The notes under the pieces are model-generated. The model did not search any database. It saw only the letters and a program-made list of their open reading frames with translations, and had not been told where the DNA came from. DNA of 64,000 bases from the human T2T-CHM13v2.0 reference genome, Homo sapiens: NCBI RefSeq assembly GCF_009914755.1, contig NC_060941.1; one strand, given 5' to 3'. Positions within the stretch are counted from its first letter, which is position 1, and each line of letters opens with the position of its first letter. Shown here piece by piece: positions 1 to 16,370 of the stretch. Made by a program: the position numbers and the translations under genes.

Positions 1-511
1 TTCTCAGACTTTGCTTGTTTTTGGCAGCCCTGACAGCTTTGAGGCGTGCTTGTCACTCAATTTAGATTTGTCTCATATTTTTCTCATGATTAGACTGGGT
101 ATTGGTTTTTGAGAGGATGACTACCCAGGTATAGACCAGGTATAGAACCATTTTTCTTTTTTTAATTTTTTTTGAGACGGAGTTTTGCTCTTGTTGCCCA
201 GGCTGGAGTGCAATGCGTGATCTCGGCTCACTGCAACCTCCGCCTCCTGGGTTCAAGTGATTCTCCTGCCTCAGCCTCCGGAGTAGCTGGGATTACAGGC
301 ATGCGCCACCACGCCCAGCTATTTTTGTATTTTTAGTAGAAACGGGGTTTCACCATGTTGGTCAGGCTGGTCTCAAACTCCCAACCTCAGGTTCGCACCC
401 GGCAGAACCATTTTCGTCACATCCTGATAACCACTGTTGATGTTGGCCTTGGTCACCTGGCTGAGATAGTGTTTTGTCAGATGTCTCCATTGTAAAGTTA
501 TTCTTTATTTT
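1..511 (-). mobile_element. Old L1 (L1MC-like) 3' fragment interrupted by an Alu
   Basis: ttctcatgattagactggg...cacctggctgagatagtg...tgtaaagtta resembles the antisense L1MC4 3' end. Confidence 0.65.
155..403 (-). mobile_element. AluS with ~50-nt internal deletion
   Basis: Alu consensus; TSD AGAACCATTT at 144 and 404. Confidence 0.95.
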
Positions 512-844
<333 letters not shown>

Positions 845-884
845 TAGTATACTGTTCACATCTAAGGAGCAGGGCATTATATTT

Positions 885-1005
885 TCTTTCTTTTCTTTTT
901 TCGCTATGTTTCCCAGGCTGGGCTCAAACTCCTGGGCTCAACTTGATCTCCTGCCTTAGCCTCCTGAGTAGCTGGGACTACAGGCATGAGCCATCATGCC
1001 TGGCT
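885..1005 (-). mobile_element. FLAM-type Alu monomer
   Basis: Single monomer with T-rich tail. Confidence 0.85.
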
Positions 1006-1042
1006 TATATTTACTTTACCTTCTATTTATGAGAAATGATTA

Positions 1043-1538
<496 letters not shown>

Positions 1539-1615
1539 ACATGAAGTCTTTATAATATTAATTTATAAAACATGAAGTCTTTTCAGTATTTAATTTAAAA
1601 ATTAAGTCCATTTAA

Positions 1616-1962
<347 letters not shown>

Positions 1963-2610
1963 GATTTGGGGACATTTTAAAAAGCAGGAAAGCCACCCTG
2001 GAATGGTAGATGTCAGAGAAATGCTGAAGGCAGGAAGATGTTGAGAGTATGGTCTGGGAAAATGGCTGGGGCTCAGTGTCATCTCCTGGCCTGTTTCCCA
2101 AATCCCCTTAAGACAAGGAACAGGAAGTGACTGATGTAGCCTCTGAGAAGTCTCAGACACAGCGCAGAGGGGCCATGGCTACCCCAGGGACGGGTGTGAT
2201 GACTCCCTGGGGTCACGGCTTTTCCTCCCTCCCTTCTCTCGGGCTCCTCCTGACCCCACAGCATTCCCAGCAGTTTCTGGCAGGCAGGTGAGGAGACCTG
2301 GGTCAGGCAGGCTGTGGCAGCTGCCTGTGCAACTGGCCCTGTGGCGTGCAAGCCTCAACCCTCTCTACAGCTCAGGGTCTGAAAGGCGGTGCCAGGTACT
2401 GGGTCCTTCCGCCCATGTTATCTAGTTTCCTCCACAACCTGGGGGAGTATTGGGGTCCTTGTCATTCTCATCACTCAGGGGAAGAGACCTGTCCAGGTCA
2501 CCAGCTGGTCAGGGCCCACGCTTGGGTAATAGGTGAATATTTGACCTCACACCTTTGGATGTGAAACAAGTTACACTCCTTTATTTTTCTAAAAAGTCTT
2601 TTAAAAATAT

Positions 2611-2927
<317 letters not shown>

Positions 2928-3312
2928 CTAGGAATGGCATGAAATACAGTAGTTTTGGAGCCCTCCCCTCCCTAGAGTTGCCTAAAAGCCGTGGGTGCCC
3001 TAAGAGAGACCTTTGAGTCGAGCCACTGCTTTGACACCTTTCCTTGGCAGGCTGGTGGTGTGAGGCTCTGGGTGTGAGCATCCTTTAGACGCCCATCTGA
3101 GTTTATGCCTCCAGTGTCAGGGCCGAAGGTGGGTCTCCATCCTGAGACCTCGCTGTCCCACCCTCTCCTCCCCTCCAGCCAATCCAATTCTGTCAAGTCA
3201 AAAGCCTGGGAAAGTTTTTCTGGGGCAGAGGAAGCTGAGGCTCCAGAACATGGAATCCTCCTTCTTTTCTCTCTCTTCCTCCCTTCCGTCTTTCCCCTTC
3301 TTTTCTTTCCAT

Positions 3313-3943
<631 letters not shown>

Positions 3944-4254
3944 CAATTTCCCCATTTGGTGGTTCAGTTACATTGCATCATTAATAAAGTCTCCTGCCTC
4001 CCACTACCTTGCAGGGTGGGGCGGGGTGGGGCTGAGATGGTTTCCGTCCAGGTTCTCCAAGAAAGACAAGAGCTTCGCCTTCCCAGAGTCATGCTGAGTG
4101 TACTTCTTATTGCTGACATGGGGCCACGTGAAGGTCACTACTGGCCTTGCCTGGGCAACATCTTTCCCCCTGTGATTGGGAGGACGTGATTGGCACACTT
4201 AAGTCCTTTAGTTATCAGCTGTGATCCATCATTTGTGACCCACAGAGCCCCTGA

Positions 4255-4676
<422 letters not shown>

Positions 4677-5464
4677 GGCCAGCGCGGTTTCTGAAGCTGC
4701 TTTGGGACTTGGAGGGTTCAGAGAGTGGGAACTGAATTTTTTTCCCCTAAGAGTAGAGAGGGAGTTGCTTACACGAAAGAGCTTTGATTACAACAGGAGT
4801 GATGGAGGCTAGACAGCTGGAAGGATTTTCCTTATGGAAAGGGGGTGGAAAAGCCCCAGAAAGCAGGCCTGGTGGAAAGCTTGCACATTGCAGACCTGCA
4901 GTTGCTCAGCAGGAGGTTTGGAGCTCAGCTCCCGGCTGGGTGAAGCTCTGGGAGTCTGTGTCAACACCTAGGGAAGATGAGCTTTGTGTTTACCTTTTAG
5001 GCTAAAAGGACTTAATGTCGGGGTGGGAAGGATCATTAACACATCAGTGACTCAGAGTCCAGAAGGAAACTGTTGTCCTTCCTTCTGTCACGAAGGAAAC
5101 TGTCGTTGGCTAAGCCAAGCCGGAAAGTCTTTGATTACACCCACAAAGAGGGGCATTTTCCCCTGGACCCAACCCAGAGTTCTCTTCAGGGACTGATAGA
5201 GGAGAAAGAGATGAATTCAGACAACAGGGAAATAAATTAGAATTTATTAGGAGTCGGGTAAAAGGGTCCCCAACCTATAAGTTTTCTAGTTAGTCAGGCG
5301 TGTGAGCTGGCAACCAACCCCTGCCAGTTTCTGCAGTCCACGGGGTGGTCCCCAGGAGGTTGAATGAAAGAATCAGTGTCCCCGCCTCATCTGGTCCCGG
5401 CCTGCACACTGTGCCTAGTACCCTCATCCCTGCACATGTATGGCACTGACTACATAAGTTCTAG

Positions 5465-5782
<318 letters not shown>

Positions 5783-5937
5783 TAAATGCACAAATCTTCA
5801 TTATACATTTTGGACAAATGGATCCTTCTTCCATCCTGATATAGAACATTTCTGTCTGTCCAGAAAAATCTCCCACATCCAGAGGCAGCCATTGTTCTAA
5901 TGTTTTTGTATCTTAGATTGTTTTAAAACTTCTTATC

Positions 5938-6622
<685 letters not shown>

Positions 6623-6729
6623 TTAGATCTTGCTTTTGAGGTGCTTCCTTGTTGTTGCATGTGTCCATGTTTTGTTCCCCTTTATTATTGGGTCGTATTC
6701 CACCGCGGGGATGTACCACAGCTTGTTGA

Positions 6730-6987
<258 letters not shown>

Positions 6988-7006
6988 TAGAGCATGCATG
7001 TTCACT

Positions 7007-7160
7007 GAATCCTTGCAGTAGCTAATAGGTTGGCACTGTTGTTATTCCCATTTTACAGATGAAGACACTGAGGCACAGAGGGGGTGAATTCCTAGTCCAA
7101 GGCCGCATGCATAGTAAAAGCTGGGGGTAGGATTCTAACCCAGGTTCGTCTGACTGCAGC
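7007..7160 (-). mobile_element. MIR
   Basis: Core cccattttacagatgaagacactgaggcacagag. Confidence 0.85.
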
Positions 7161-7279
7161 ATATGTATTTTTATTCCCTCACTGTAGTGTCTTTGCACCA
7201 CAGCTGTTTGGGGCCATTAAGCCTAGGGACAAGTGGGCATCTCCTCTCAATGGCCTGTCAATTCCTAACTGCATTTTAG

Positions 7280-7662
<383 letters not shown>

Positions 7663-7965
7663 ATCAAACCTGTCTTTAAAGGACAACAGCATTTGGAGGC
7701 GTTTGAGAGAAATCTCTAGCTAGGGTCATTACAGTAACTAACAGCAAGCAAGGAAGCAAACAAAAAGTCTTGCTACCCAAAGCCCTAGTCGCCTGGAAAT
7801 CTCACATAGTTGTAATTCGTCATCTCCCAGAGAAGCCAGGCACAGAAGGCGTTACTGGATATATAAAATAGTATATAAATAATACATGTATAAGAAACCA
7901 CTCTGTTCTCTGTAGAGCCAAACAGAATAGGGTTTTGGAGAGTCTGCTGGTTCTCGCTTTGAAAG

Positions 7966-8090
7966 ATGTTGCTAAGCAATGTTGCTAATATTATGGAAAG
8001 ACAGCTTCCCTCCCGGCTTTTCCACTCAGCCTCAGAAACTCTGGAAGAGGTGGAAGTGGCTTCAGGAGTAGCAGCAGCTGGGGAGGTTTG
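7966..8090 (+). other. Candidate additional first exon (MLLSNVANIMERQLPSRLFHSASETLEEVEVASGVAAAGEV-W), unconfirmed
   Basis: TATATAAA boxes at 7860 and 7872; two in-frame ATGs (7966, 7993) with A at -3; phase-2 donor TG|GTAATC; non-repeat sequence. Confidence 0.25.
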
Positions 8091-8854
8091 GTAATCAGTG
8101 AGGCGGGGGCCGGGGGACCTTGGGTTGGAGAGGGACTGTGCTGTAGGCCACCCAGCCCTCAGCCTCATCCGCTCCTGATTCTCTGTACTGACTCCTGGGC
8201 GGCCTCTATGCAAAATAACACCTCTTCCTGTTCGTCAGAAATTTCACACACAGAAGGATCCTTTTGAATTTTTTCACTGTGGGAAAAATTACTGTAGTCA
8301 TGCAGCTTAGCAAAAATTCAAAAATCCATAAATGAACTTCAAAAAAGGAAGTATTTTAAATAACTTCAGTAACCCAAGTGATATATGAAGAACTTCTTTA
8401 TTCCTCCCTCTACCCACTCTCCATAATCCCTGAACAGGAAGTCGGCAGGGTTCTGATTGACATCACGTACTGCAGGCCCCACCTTCATGGCTCTGGGTAC
8501 CAGAGCGCAGGGTGCCCGCCACTGAGTGGGATCTGTGGGTTTCCTCAGCGTGGTTTCCTTTCCTTGGAGCTTGGAAATGCCACACAAGTCACAGAGATCC
8601 GTTTCCAAAACCTGAGCCAGTTTAGATCCTCTGCTTAATATGACGTCTGTGGCCCCAGGAAAGTTGGGCTGAGCTGAGGTTTCCCAGGCTTGTCTTTGAG
8701 GCCTCCGAGTCCTGGCCTGCGTTTATCACGGAACGACCCTATTGTGGTGGGATGGACCTCTTGGGGGCTGGTCATGGGTTCTGTGAGGGGATTTTAGAAG
8801 CTGGGAGGAGAGTCAGTATGTTGGCAGAGAGTTTTCCTGCATCTCTCTCTTTTC

Positions 8855-9170
8855 CTTCTTTTTTTTTTTTTAATTAGTTATTTATTTATGAGATAGAGTC
8901 TTGCTCTGTTCCCCAGGCTGGAGTGCAGTGGCACGATCTCAGCTCACTACAACCTCCGCCTCTGGGCTCCAGCAATTCTCCTTCCTCAGCCTCCCGAGTA
9001 ACTGGTATTCCAAGCGCCCGCCACCACGCCTGGATGATTTTCGTATTTTTAGTAGAGACGGGGTTTCACCATGTTGGCCAGGCTGGTCTCGAACTCCTGG
9101 CCTCAAGTGATTCGCCTGCCACGGCCTTCCAAAGTGTTGGGATTACAGGCGTGAGCCACCGCACCCGGCC
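8855..9170 (-). mobile_element. AluS
   Basis: Full dimer. Confidence 0.95.
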
Positions 9171-9317
9171 CAGCTCTCACTTTTCAAAAATAGAAACTGC
9201 TTCCCGACCTCAGATGACTTCAATCTTTCCCTTCCCCCGACGCCTTCCTGCCTCCCTCTTCCCCCTCCTCTGTCTTCCTCCTAAGGGGGCATCCCAGAGA
9301 CGCAACTGTGCTGTGGC

Positions 9318-9331
9318 CCAGCAGGGGGCGC
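9318..9331 (+). promoter_or_regulatory. CTCF consensus motif
   Basis: CCAGCAGGGGGCGC matches the CTCF core CCASYAGRKGGCRS exactly. Confidence 0.6.
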
Positions 9332-10339
9332 TGATGTACCTGCCAAGAGTGGAGGTGTCTTAGCACAGGTGTGAGCGTTCAGCTGTGTGCGAGCGGGCTT
9401 CCGAGTGATATCCCAGAGCAGGTGTGTGTATGTGTGTACCGTCAAAGGCAGAAGAGAGCGGGGGTGCTGGACCGTCCTGTCCAAGGCTCTGTTTATAACC
9501 CTTGCGTTGTCCCAAAGGTTGTGTGGTCCATGGAATAGCTGGGACCCTGCCCGTGGAGGGGAGGGGCAAGGCGTTTGAAGACATCTGGTTTTCATCAAAG
9601 GCCCCACCCTCCTTGCTCCATGGCCCCCCTCGCCCCCACCCACCCCCAATCCCAGCCCAGAACGGTGGCAGTCATTCTGCCCAGCAGTGGGGCGCTGGGA
9701 GTTGGTGGCTGGGTGGGGCGACGAGGTGGCGTCTGCTGCAGGCTGGCTCTCTGACGAGGGGCACGGGGATTGGGGCTGATTCCCGCTTTCTCATGGATAT
9801 GTCTCCTGGAGCCGGTTCCCAGGCACAGAAGGCCCTTTTCTTCAGGGCCAGGCATGCGTGTCTGTCTGCCTCAACCCACTGGCCCCTCAGGAACGGGCTG
9901 TGCAGCTGTCTGCGCTCTGTTCATGATTAACTTCGCTGTCTCCCGCCCCAGGCCTGATTCCCACCCAGGCCCCCTCAGCCTTTGGAGTTCCCCTGGACTG
10001 GAAGAGAGACCTGGGCTGGCAGCTGCCGGGCACTTTGTTCTCTGGGACTGTGAGCTTTGGAGGCTGGAACAGGCCATGGAGGTCCTGAGAGCTGGGACGC
10101 CGTGGGGCATAAGTTGGGTGAGGTGAGACCTGCAGGAAGACCCCTTCTCTGCCGTCAGAGACTTCTGCCGTCCTCATTTCCTGCGGTCTGCATGTATCCA
10201 GCTTTCTCAGCCCACCCCAAAGTGCCTCATGAATGTGGCCTTGGAGCAGAGTAATGTGAAAATTCTTCCCTGTCCGTTCTCTTTCGAACTGTGATTTCTT
10301 CAAGAACAGTGCCTTGGTTTGGCGCAGGTGTGTCACTAA

Positions 10340-10656
<317 letters not shown>

Positions 10657-10823
10657 CGCCTGCTTTTTTAAGGAAGGTACTTCAAGCTTAGAGCCTTTGT
10701 CAGGCAACAGTATTGAGGCAGAACTTAATAAATTTATGTTTGTTTTCATGGTAGGAAGGGCAAGTGATAATGGATTTTCATTTAGGGTTGCAATAACGTT
10801 TTCTTTTAAAATTAAGTAAAGGC

Positions 10824-11505
<682 letters not shown>

Positions 11506-12109
11506 TTATGAAGGAGGTGGCGTGTGGCCCAATTGTGGGAAGCTTTGGCTGGGCTAACTGCACACACTGGCTGGAAATGGTCTTCTTTTGAGGTTTGGAG
11601 TGTGTTAACCCTGTTTGTTTCGGGCAGGGATGGTCTTCCATTTTTCTTTCTTGCCCTGGTCTCTTGCATAAAGCTGGACATACTGTACATGTTTAATAAA
11701 TGCTGGTGGAATGGGTAAGCCTAGCATTGATGGTTGTTCCAGTCTCTGCTATTGATGGGTTTTCTTGTGCTTTGGGGTCCCCTCTGTGGGGTGTGGGTGT
11801 GATGGGCTGTGGGGGCTGGAGTGGGAGTTAAGAGGGGAAATTGCTGTTTATGCACCAAAGGTGGCGAGCTTGTAGGGCAGGGGCAGAAGGATGGGACCTC
11901 TCACTGCCAGGAAAATTCTACCTCTTAGAGACTCAGGAGTCAGGGGCTGAGAGGTTACGATTTTTTGGGGGACAGCCTTGTGTTTGCAGTGACACTGGGC
12001 TTGTAGAAGGACTTAGAGGGCTGGGAACCCCAGAATAAGAGAATGAATAATGGAACCTGCATGGTGGATTTTGTGCCTTCATCATCCCAATTCCCTGTTG
12101 TAGTTGTTT

Positions 12110-12230
12110 GGAGAGGTGGGGTCTCACTATGTTGCCCAGGCTGGTCTAGAACTCCTGGTCTCAACTCAAGTGATCCACCTGCCTGCCTCGGCCTTCCAAA
12201 GTGCTGGGATTACAGGTGTGAGCCACCCTG
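12110..12230 (-). mobile_element. FLAM/Alu left monomer
   Basis: Single left arm. Confidence 0.85.
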
Positions 12231-12684
12231 TTACCCACTGTGCACTTGACCTGAACTAGCTCCCACACTCTCACCTGCTGGGAAGGAGGATCAGGCCTTC
12301 CGTTGAGGTGCAGCCTTCTGTGTGTGGGTAAAATACACCCAACGCTAGGATAGACCTAAGCCAGCGCCCTCATCACCTTCCCTGCCATCTAACTGAAGCG
12401 GTCCATCAGCTAACCTGTGGGTCCTCGGGTGCTGTGTGCTATAGCGCGGTGGGAGAGAGGGGAAGAGAAGCTCTGGGTTGCATGCTGCTGGGAGCTCTTC
12501 CCTTTTCTCTACCAAGGACACTCATTTTATTCTTTTTCCAGACCAATTCTTAAGTCACTACTGGCATAGTACTTGCAGCCTGCCTAACCGCCAATCTCAG
12601 GAGTGGGGCCCGGGTCATTCAAATCTCTAGCTATAAAAAGATGTCCATGGCTATCTATATCTCTGATCCCCCACAACCCCGGCA

Positions 12685-12712
12685 GGGAGGGGGTGGGGGT
12701 GGGGGTGGGGGG
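12685..12712 (+). repeat. (GGGGGT)n G-tract array with G-quadruplex potential
   Basis: GGGAGGGGGTGGGGGTGGGGGTGGGGGG. Confidence 0.75.
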
Positions 12713-13231
12713 CACAAGGCCAGTGGTAACGGCTGCTTCATAAATAGACCAGGTGCATTTAAGAACCACCCTGGGGCTTCCTCCCCTCCACCCCAACTCC
12801 AGTGCCAGCAGGAAGCTGTGGGCATTGGAGAGGCAGGGCTGAAGCCTCAGGCCCTCGAATTCGTTTGCAGTCCCTCTCCCCTCTCCACCCAGCATGGTCC
12901 CCTCCCTGCCTGGATTTTCTGTGTTTGCTTGAACACCAGACTATTAAAAACAAAACAAAAAACAAAACAACAACAAAAAACAAGGCAAATTGCCTCAGGG
13001 GGAACCTCTTCGGCCCCAAAGATGGACTAATTGGCTTGTTCTAATTCCTTTCAGCCCCCTGCCCACTTCCTTTTCCCTAGAGGGGCAAAGCTGTGAGTGA
13101 TGCTTCGGAGGGGTGAGGCGGGAGGGGGCTGGGAGGCTGGGCAGCACCTGGAAGTGGATGAGGGCGATTGTGAGCGAGGCCCCGCGCCGATGGTAGGGAC
13201 CAGGCCACAGCCCTTTCCCCAGGAGCCGGCG

Positions 13232-13263
13232 CGACCTTCCGACCTTCCGACCTTCCGCCCTTC
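13232..13263. repeat. 8-bp tandem repeat (CGACCTTC)x4
   Basis: Three perfect copies and one with a single mismatch. Confidence 0.9.
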
Positions 13264-14352
13264 CTTTCCGAAGGAGATGAGGCTCGCGCGCGGCTGGCAG
13301 GGGCGGGAGGGACCACGCGACGAGTGCGCAGCGGCCAGGCCCGGGTGGGCGCGGGGAGGGCGGAGTGGGGGGCGCCCGGCCCGCCAGGAGGAAGCGGGGT
13401 CGCCGTGAAGTTGGTTATTGAACCCATGTGGAGTCAAACTCCCAGGGCCGGGAGAGCCAGTGTTCGCGGGGAGCCGACCCCAGCCCACTCTGCATCCCAG
13501 CTCGGCGATCCTTGCGCCGACTCTGCGGGGAGGCGGGGGCAGAATTCCGCCTCGTTCCTCCCATCCGCAAGCTCCCACCCGGGGACCCGGGCCCGGGAGC
13601 TGCGAGCCGGGGCGGGCGCCGGGCTCAGGTGCCCCCTGTAAGCGCTGGGCGGCCGGGAGGGGACGGGGACCGCGCGCGGGCAGTTTCGTTTGGACGGAGG
13701 AGGACGCGCGTTTCCTCTTGGTGCCTGTTTTCTCTCCCTCTGTTTTAAAAGCAGTGACAGCATCGGGGAAGTATCCGGGGCCGGGCCGGGGAGGGCGGCA
13801 GCCGCCTCTGCCTGGGGAGGGAGCTCGGGGCCGCCGGCGGGAGTGCGGGCGGGGACCAGAAGGAGCGGGCGAGGGGAGGCAGGGCCGGGGCCGGGGAGGG
13901 CGCCTGGGAGCCGGGCAGGGGGGTCCCGGGAGCGCTGTCCGCCTCCTCCTGCGCTTCGCCCGCTCCCTGTGCCCCGCGTCCTCCACCATCCGGGCGGCCG
14001 AGGCCGGGGCGCGGGAGGCGGGGCCGGGGCGGGTCCCGGCGCGGGCGGCGCGTCTGAGCGGGAGCCGGGAGCCGCCGGCCCGGGCCGCGCCCCGAGCGAG
14101 CCTCGGAAATGCCCGCGCCGGGGGAGCGGACGGCGGCTGCCCCGCGGGCCCCGAGGAGACGCTGAAGGTCGCCGGGAGGGAGGGGAGAGCGCGCGGTCAC
14201 CTGACCCCCGGGGCGCACCTAGGCGGGGCGGGGCCCATGCGAGGCGGAGGCCGGGGGCCGGGGCGCGGGCTCAGGGGCCGGGTGCGGAGCGCGCGGAGCC
14301 GGGGCTGCGGGGACGCGGGCGGGCGAGGTCGGGCACCGCGGGCGGCCTCGCC

Positions 14353-14459
14353 ATGTCCCAGCCCGCGGGGAGGAGGCATTGCCGAAAGGCGGGGATCCGC
14401 GCCGCCGTGGTGCTCATCGGACTCCTGCACAAATCCCGGAGGCAGAATAAAGAGAAAAG
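14353..14459 (+). CDS. RAP1GAP2: Alternative first coding exon, probably of Rap1 GTPase-activating protein 2 (35 codons + 2 nt, phase 2)
   Basis: gccATG in a CpG island; ordinary (non low-complexity) peptide MSQPAGRRHCRKAGIRAAVVLIGLLHKSRRQNKEK; donor AAG|GTAAAC. Phase 2 matches my recollection of the RAP1GAP2 VK|KQELANSS junction, giving KEKRKQEL. Gene identity is from recall, not a search. Confidence 0.75.
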
Positions 14460-15594
14460 GTAAACCCCTGCAGCGCCGGCCGCTTCCCTCCGCTCTCCTG
14501 CTGCATGCCAGTTTTCTTTGGGGTGGACTTTTCCGATGGGTGTTTGGTTCCGTGTTGGTTAGAAAAAAGCCTCCTCTCCAGGTACCGTCGTGCGAACCGA
14601 GTTCGGAGCTTCGCCCCGGACCCTGGCTGGTGCGAGGAGCCTGGGCAGGACCTTGGCGGAATCGGAGGGCCGCTGGGAGGGCGCATCGGGGTGGATCCCT
14701 GACGGAGGGACCCCAAGTCCGTCGCCCCCAGACCCTTTGCAGACCGCGACCCCGTTCCCCAAGCCTGCAGCCGCGGATGCCATTGATCCAGCCCAGGCGG
14801 CTCCATGCGCCGGTGTTGCCATTTGCTTCCTGCAACTTGGCTGAGCCCTCGAGGTGCCTGCCTGGCCGAGATCCGCTTGCTCTGCGCTCGGTGCCGGCAG
14901 GCGAGGAGCAAGTTTGGAGGTTGTTCGCTCCCCACCCACCCTCTCGCCCCACCGCCATAGGGTGACTTTGCCTCTTCGCCTTTCTGGCGTTTGTTCTTTC
15001 GTTTGCTCCTGGATATTGAAAATAGTTTTCTTTAGCTATTTCAGAGACATTTTGGACGACCTGTGTGGTGGGAGGTGTGGGGTTTGGAGTAGGCAAAGGA
15101 GGTTCTGAGGAAGCTTTCTAGGCTGCAACCGCAGCTGCAGGTCTGACATCCACCAGACCCCAAGGAGCTACCAGGCAGGTCGTTGGCACAAAGCCTCCCT
15201 GTTCTGCTAGGGTGCATGGCAGAGCCTCCAGCAATGGGGGGAGGGGAGTGCGGAAGCTGACTGCCCACAGAGATGTTGCCGGGATCAGGATTTGGGGTAG
15301 CTTCCAGTGACCCTGCTGGATCCTAGTTTCCAGAGGAGTTTTGGAATGGTTAATACCGCACCCTATAAGACACGGGCAGTGGAACCAGAGACACCTGGGG
15401 GTGACCAGCAGCCCCTGGATATGCCCACAGGTATGAACGTACCTGGGGTGGTGGTAGGCAGGGAATACGGGGGACTTTGAGAAGCTGGCATGGATTGCCC
15501 TTGTGGTGGGTTGTCCCCCATTCCTCTCGTCCCCCCTTCCTATAATGTGTGTAACAAGATGTTGCCCGCTGCACAGAATGAATTTCCCGTGAAA

Positions 15595-16370
<776 letters not shown>

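Larger units (their letters stand above)
13100..14960. promoter_or_regulatory. CpG island / internal promoter
   Basis: Very high GC and CpG density, multiple GC boxes (e.g. GGGGCGGGGC 14225-14234), inside an Alu-free gap (~12230-15960). Confidence 0.93.

Noticed and set aside
12641-13030. 129-aa ORF with a poly-Gly run
   Set aside because: The ATG abuts the TATA box so would lie upstream of its TSS; the Gly run is the G tract; the nearby donor is phase 1.
13051-15096. Long ORFs of 515 aa (+), 312 aa (-) and 299 aa (-) in the CpG island
   Set aside because: Low-complexity Gly/Pro/Arg/Ala products, often with non-ATG starts; expected from stop-codon scarcity in GC-rich DNA.
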